Positions 57,124 through 64,000 of a DNA stretch of 64,000 nt are shown piece after piece (the stretch's first letter is position 1; every line of letters starts with the position of its first letter). The notes beneath the pieces are model-generated. The model saw only the letters and a program-made list of their open reading frames with translations, was not told where the DNA came from and did no database searches. The DNA lies in the NCBI GenBank assembly GCA_951406725.2, contig OX597824.1, forward strand, positions 48,546,001 to 48,610,000. The letters run 5' to 3'. The DNA is from Octopus vulgaris. Lineage: Eukaryota. The translations under genes and the position numbers were made by a program.

Positions 57124-57870
57124 TGATGTGCATTCAAAGAAATATCCGACTTATTTTTTCCCGCCAAAACCAATGCCGTGACAGGTGACACCACCCTTCC
57201 TGTGCAGGCGTGAACATTTTCGTGCCGGCCGGCCCCGTCAGTTCCGGGCTGTTACGCCTAGCGTACAGACGTGTAGTGTGCGCTCGAAAAATTTGCGTTT
57301 TCGTCCAAGGTGACCGAATGCATCGTGAGTGACCAGAAACCTAAGTCTTATCACCAGTGATGATAGTCTTCGTGAAGTATGGGTCGTGGTTTGCACAGTC
57401 CAGCATGTTCAGAGCGATTTCCATGCTGAGATGCTTCTGCTGGTCTGCCAACATTTTGGGAGCGAATTTCACCGATACTCCCAGCATGCACAAATCCACC
57501 GTTAAAATGGAATGCACTTGCTCTCCATTGAGGTGCAGCCATATTTGAAGCGGTTGTACCACTCTTTGATCTGAGTTTTGCCCTTGACATCATCGCCGAA
57601 GGCCTGCTGAATCTTCCGGATGGTTTCAGCTGGAGTCTCACCAAACTTTTGGCAAAACTTGATGCAATATCTCTGTGTTCGGTGAAAATGAAAATCCGAC
57701 GAGCGCGCACTACACGTCTGTACTGTAAGCATAACCACCGGTTACTGATGCGGCTAATCGGCACGAAAATATTGGCATATACAGGCGTCATTTCTCACCC
57801 AACGGTGTTTCCTCCGCAGCTTAGCTTTGGCGGGTAAAAACAAAGTCGGATTCTTTTTGAACGCACTTTC
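57124..57870 (-). mobile_element. Internally deleted mariner element
   Basis: TIRs gtgcattcaaagaaatatccgactt..cccgccaaa / tttggcggg..aagtcggattctttttgaacgcac with TA flanks; transposase QRYCIKFC..ETPAETIRKIQQAFGDD..IKEWYNRFK and FAPKML..IITGDKT. Confidence 0.9.
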
Positions 57871-58232
57871 TACATGACTACACATTGCCTGAGAGATCGT
57901 TGCTGTACAGCACACGTGAAACTCTGAGTAGCAATGGCGCGAATGATTAACTGATTCCTAGTATATACATACATTCTAAAAATTCCATGTATATACATAA
58001 ATTCCACTCTGTTGAGTTCTACTTTATTGTTTGTAAACACACATACACATACACAAACTTATGTATGTATGTATATATGTATGTATTAATGTATCTATGT
58101 ATCTATTTGTGTGTATGTATGTACATATATACATATATATACACACACACATATACATGTACAAACTTACTGTTGCCACACACACACACACACACATATA
58201 TATATACATACACACCCCACATATATATACAC

Positions 58233-58295
<63 letters not shown>

Positions 58296-58484
58296 TGTAT
58301 GTATGTATGTATGTATGTATGTATGTATGTATCAGTATGCAGAGAGAGAGAGAGAGAGGTGATGCAAACAGGAAAAATAGAACTCAAAATATGAGTTATA
58401 TGTATATTTTTATTAATATTTAGCAGAAGCTACAGAGTGATTCAAGGGCTGAGTGTTTCATGCGTTGGCTCTTATCAAACTGGT

Positions 58485-58690
58485 AAGTGCAAGTGGTTGA
58501 GCACTCGACAGACACGTGTACCTTTAACGTACTTCTCAGGGAGATTCAGTGTGGCACAGGGTGTGACAAGGTTGGCCCTTTGAAATACAAGTATTGCAGC
58601 TGAGTGAACTGGAGTAACGTGAAATATAGTGTCTTGCTCAAGCACACAACGCGCGAGTCGAATGCCTTAACCATTAAGCTGTGCGACCAC
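58485..58690 (-). mobile_element. SINE family C
   Basis: Close match to 51775-52020. Confidence 0.75.
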
Positions 58691-59653
58691 ACACACACAC
58701 ACATATATATGTGTGTATATGTGTGTGTGCGTGCGTGAATGCACGAGCAAGTGTGCGCTCATGAGCTTAATGAGTAAAAGAAAAGAACGTGTCAAGTCAC
58801 ATTATCTATTGCTCTCTAGTTTTATTAAGAAGTAGCACGAGTAGTTCGGTTACTGCAAGAAGGGAATTATCGGACGATTCGGAATCTTGTACTTTGTCAG
58901 AAAGTGACGAAAGATAGACAAAAATACTGATGCAAGTAAATGATAAAAGTATTGTATGGGAAGTGAGCGACATGTCCTTCTAAGTGATGATGAGAGCTGG
59001 GTCAAGAAGGAGGAAAAAAGAGGTAAAATCTAGAACAGAATTCGGAAGGTAGAATGTACCAAAGTTCGAAGCCAGGCAGAAAGAAGTGTAAAAAGAATAA
59101 ATGTACTATAAATTATTAACTAAAGCCAAGGTATAGAGAAATGACTATATGATGCATATATTTATGTATATATTTATGTATGTATATATTTATGTATGTA
59201 TATGTGTGCATATATACGTATGTATACTCACGCTCACACAACTACACACATACACACGCACATGCACACAACGTACACTTACACGTTGAACAAATATAGT
59301 AAAAAGATGCCGGTATGATGATTACGTGTTTGATTACAAACATGTATGTGTGTCTACAAATAAATGTATATAAATGTATGTGTATGTATGTGTGTATATA
59401 TATATGCACACACATACACACACATACGTATATTTATGTGTGTCCGTATATGTGTGCGTGAGCGTGTGTGTGTTTAGATGCGCATGTGCTTCAATGAACA
59501 CAACTCAACTAATTTAAAAACGAGATTCTTTTATCATTGTAAGTATTCATTAATTAAATAATTAAAAATTAATTGGAAATATAACAAAAAGAAAATTGTG
59601 AACAAATAGAACGGTACGGAGAAATCTCGAATATATCACCCACAATATGTACA

Positions 59654-59729
<76 letters not shown>

Positions 59730-59730
59730 C

Positions 59731-59789
<59 letters not shown>

Positions 59790-60194
59790 CTTGTCTCTGT
59801 GTGTGTAGATGTGAGCATAGTGTTTCCTTCTTACCTCATCTATGTTTTTTGAGTCTGCTGGCACTCCTTTAATATTGTTTTCTTTTGTCTTTTTCCCTTC
59901 CCTGGCTTTCACAGCACCCATCTCTATGAACTCTTGCTACTTTTCCTTGTCCCTACCTTAGCTTCCTGCCATTCTCCTCAACTACTTCTAATTTATTTAT
60001 CCATCGACACAAGCAAACATTCTTCCTTCTCCGCGAAGTTTCTACTCGAAACCTTAAATTTCTCTTCTTTTCCACGGCTTACAGTTTATTTCCCTTTCTG
60101 ACCAGTTTGTCTTACTTTTTATCGACACAGACCATTTACCAATTTCCTCAGATTTTACAGTTTTACCTCATTAATTATTGTTCCCTGCTTAAAG

Positions 60195-60395
60195 ATGGCA
60201 GAATTGTTTGAGTGTCAAAGGAGGAAAATAAATGCTTTGCCATATTTATTTACGTACTGAGTTCAAATTCCGCCGAGTTCGATTTTTGCCTTTCATCCTC
60301 ATGCGGGTCGATAAAATAAATACCAGTTGAACACTGGGCCGATATAATCAACTTTCCACTCACACAAAATTGCTAACCTTGTGATAAAAACTAAA
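60195..60395 (+). mobile_element. SINE family B (diverged)
   Basis: ctgagttcaaattccgccgag.tcga.ttt.gcctttcatcc..gggtcgataaaataa.taccagttg. Confidence 0.7.
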
Positions 60396-61733
60396 ATGAA
60401 ATTATGGCTATCTGTAAACAATAAGGAACACATTCACCGGGAATGCGTCTGAACTCTACACTACTCACGTAAATTGTAAACGACCATTCTTAAAAAAATA
60501 GAATAAGATGAAAATGTCACGTAACACTTCATAGTGCCGTACTGTGTATCCTCAATGATGGCTTCATTTTCCTGTATTGATTTTTGCGGAAGGTAGCTGA
60601 GTGTTGTGTGTTCTACTCCAACTCTACTTCAAATTTTAATAGAGAGAGATGATACAGAAGTTGTGACATTCATGCTTGTTCTAATGACATAACAAGAGAT
60701 AGAAATTAATTAAATTGAACACAAAAAGAAAAAAAAAATGGAAACCATATTGCGTGTTCGATTTCAAGGTTCGTCAGTGTTTCCCCACTTTCTGCATGTA
60801 AATCGTCGATATTAGCTCCGCAGATATGAAACCACTGAACAAATCAAACAAGCTTGATGTCTTTGCTAAGAGCTGTATTACAGCTTCTGTACAACTTCAA
60901 TTATAATTCTTCTCCCTTTTCTTCTTTGTCTTTCTTTTTTTCTTCATTATTTTATTTTTATTTTATTTCCTAAAGTGAAATTCCTTCCAGATAGGTTACA
61001 CTGACATTTTCAATGGTGTACTGATTTGAAGTTCTCGATAAAATTGACTTTTCTCATATATAGAATTGAGCTTTGCTTCTTTCCGCTTGTTGTTTGTTTT
61101 GTTTTGCTCGTTTTTGTCTTTTATCGACTTTTTGGCGTTGTTGTTAATGTTGTTGTTATTGTTATTCTGTGTGTAATTGAAGGTTTTAACTCAAAATAGT
61201 TCTTAACAATCAATATACAAATTTGAGCTGAAATAATGTAAAAGCATTTTAGCATTTTGGATGTGTGTCTAAAGGTTGAAAAGATTAATCTAAGACCAGT
61301 GGTAGCTGTTTTTCCTTTTTCTTTTTTCTTTCCTTTTTAACCAAAAGTCTCGCAGTAACATCACCGCCTCATCCAGCATCGGTGTTGTTTTGTGCTAAAT
61401 CTTCTGTTTGAGCAGTTACTGTAGAGCGAGGAAAGATGCAAATTTAAATCTTCCTCAATCAATCCGCCATATCTGTGACTGGAGTTTATTTCAGATTTTC
61501 CCCTTTAGATTTAAACGGGCAAGAAAAGGCTAAATAGACATATGTCAATATTATTTAAATTCGTAGAATATAATATTAAAAGTGCAAATATCATTGATAA
61601 GTAAGTTAACAGTAATATATTTCAACAAGTTATTATGAGCAAGTAAAACAGTGAGAATCAAAACAAGATGTGTACATTTATTTTTAACGTGTTCCAGGAG
61701 ATTTGATCGGGAATAATCTAATCAATGTTATAT

Positions 61734-62116
61734 TTCGCCTTCGGAGAACAACTTCTCCTTTCTGACGATGTCTATTGACAACATACACAACATACTCGAT
61801 TCAGTGATGTGAGAGAACATTGAAACACCAGTGTTTCGACTTAATCGTGTCTCTTCAGTCAGTCAAAGCTACCTTCGAATCGCTAACTCTAAACAAGATT
61901 GGTGGTTCTTCTTTATAGACTCCAGCAAACAAATCATTTACTGATACATACTATTGTCTGGCAAGTTAATATTAAATAATTATGGTCGCATAAAACAGTG
62001 ATAATCAAAACAATTATGTGTAAATTCATTCTTAATTCGCCTTGGGAGTACAACTCCTTTCATACGATGTCTACTTACAACATACTCGATGAAGGGAGAC
62101 TTCGAAATGTCAAAAA
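61734..62116 (+). repeat. Degenerate direct repeat (period ~302 nt) with hammerhead-like remnants
   Basis: ttcgcctt.ggag.acaact..cctttc..acgatgtcta...acaacatactcgat occurs at 61734 and 62036. Confidence 0.5.
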
Positions 62117-63477
62117 TAAAGATAATCTTCCAAGCCAAAAGTTTGAAATAAAGCTTTGTATGCTACTACTGCCATTTATATATTTAAAGTAGCTTTTGTC
62201 GTGAAAATACACAGGACAGACAAATACAAGTCTGTAGAGCAGGCAGACTAAGCATCTACAGCATAAAATGATCTTTCGACATTACGATAAAATAACATAA
62301 CGTAAAATTACATCGCGAAACACTTCATGAAATCCATTGGAAAGGACACAGAACTAACGAGTTGTTATAAAATAAGCAACTGTTTAGAGAACAATTGATA
62401 TCCATGCATTGCATTTATAAAGGATGGGATTAATTATTCTCTTTTTGTACACATTTCTCTATTCAAAGAATAGAGAAATGGAGTTAATTGATGTTTGCAA
62501 AACAGTGTAAGTAAATGACTTGCAAAACAGAATTTGTAGAAGTTCCGTTGCTTAAAATAATTGTTCGGTAAACAGTTACTACACTGTTGGCAGTGCAACC
62601 GCGACAGATGCCGTCATTCTTTAGCCTAAAGTCAACTCTGGCATTCTTATAATCAAAGACATTCCAGCTATGATCATACTGTTCTTTGATGATTATTATT
62701 TATTCATTTTTATTATTATTATTATATATATATATATATTGTGAATACATTATGTTATGTGTCCTATCCATTTTATTGGTGAAGGAGGGGCGATACTGAC
62801 AAATATTGACGTCCAAGTTTCTGCCCAAGGATGTGAATAGAACTTTGTAAAATTACCCACGAGAAATTCATAAAGAACGATATATTTGCCAAACCTACAT
62901 CAGTCAGTAAACAGACGAGAGGAAAAGAGAATAAGTGAGGTTTAGAGCAAGAGAAGAGCCGACGGAAAGACAAAGAAATAAAAAAAAGCAGGGAAAGACA
63001 AAGCCAAAAACTGAGAGAATAGTCTGCTATCAAAATTACAATATTACTGTAATTACGCTATTACGTCTACACCATCACTGGCTATCCAGGCACCGGTCTC
63101 CTAGAAAAAGCAGCCAAACCCTTATATCACAGTCCTTCGTGTTAAAATAGTGCACTTGCATAATGTAGTCTAAGCTACACTATGCCGGAAAAGTCGGGAT
63201 AGTCGTGGATGGAATGCCTTTTGTCATAAAGCTGCTCGGTTAGGTTTGACTTGTCCTAAACAAGAACTTAGACAATCACATGATCTGTGACAGTTGGTTA
63301 TATTTGCTGTCACTCATCAAGAAAATGTAACAAACTTCTAAACAGAGTACTTTAAATCAAAATCGAATATTTTAGTTTCAATCGTAATCCTAATACTACT
63401 ACTCTTCTTGTGTCTTGTTAAAGATCATAAAAATGAAATAAAATACAATAATAATAATGGTGATGATGATGATGATT

Positions 63478-63612
63478 ATGATAGACGAGTTAGATTAATA
63501 CTTAAAACAGAGCTCAATGCGAATAGCAAGATAATAGGTATCAACACTCTAGCTGTCCCACTTATAGGTTTCAGTTACAATATTCTTAATTGGACACTAA
63601 ATTAACTAACCA
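63478..63612 (+). mobile_element. R4/Dong-clade RT thumb fragment
   Basis: YDRRVRLILKTELNANSKIIGINTLAVPLIGFSYNILNWT; follows a (TAA)/(TGA) tract. Confidence 0.75.
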
Positions 63613-63898
63613 AAGTAGAAAAAAGAAAAATAATAGATAGTTAGATAGAGAGAGAGAGAGAGAAGGAAACTTACATACACACATACATACATGCATGCAT
63701 ACATTCATACAAATATACACAGACACACACACACATATACACATATATTATGTAATATATATAATGTATGTATATGTGTGAATATAAAGAGAAGGGGTGG
63801 TAGGATCAGAGAGAAACACATACACATATATGTATATATATGTGTGTGTGTATGTGTGTGTATAAATAAATTATCTATCTATCTATCTGTATGTATGT

Positions 63899-64000
63899 AT
63901 AGTGGTTAAGGTGTTGCACTCCCAGACCAGGCGTTGCGTTGTGTTCTTGAGTAAAGCACTTCATTCCACGTTGCTCTGCGATCATTTCGACTTCTGACAT
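63899..64000 (+). mobile_element. SINE family C 5' part (runs off the window)
   Basis: tagtggttaaggtgttgcactc..gttgtgttcttgagtaaagcactttcattccacgttgctc. Confidence 0.6.

Overview
AT-rich eukaryotic (metazoan) non-coding DNA saturated with microsatellites and transposable elements. The SINE families and repeat density suggest a coleoid cephalopod such as Octopus, which is an inference. I found no convincing host protein-coding exon; nearly all ORFs in the track are microsatellite artefacts. Supported elements: a 5'-truncated Penelope-like element (RT + GIY-YIG, inverted pseudo-LTR, hammerhead ribozyme); a young Tx1/L1-clade LINE 3' half sitting in (GATA)n; R4/Dong fragments in (CATA)n and next to (TAA)n; several RTE LINE pieces, including a 5'-inverted copy with three C2H2 fingers and a bipartite non-autonomous derivative; mariner/Tc1/maT remnants; Helitrons; three tRNA-SINE families; and a 2.5-kb perfect (TTA)n tract. 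The most interesting layer is RNA-level. There are four well-formed hammerhead-like motifs, all with non-canonical cores, plus one decayed pair. One sits in a ~348-nt tandem retrozyme-like unit. A 2.2-kb composite insertion flanked by a 14-bp duplication contains a ~520-bp spacer-less palindrome. Different retroelement clades also appear to occupy different microsatellite types. All alignments, folds and coordinates were read by eye; boundaries are approximate unless stated.
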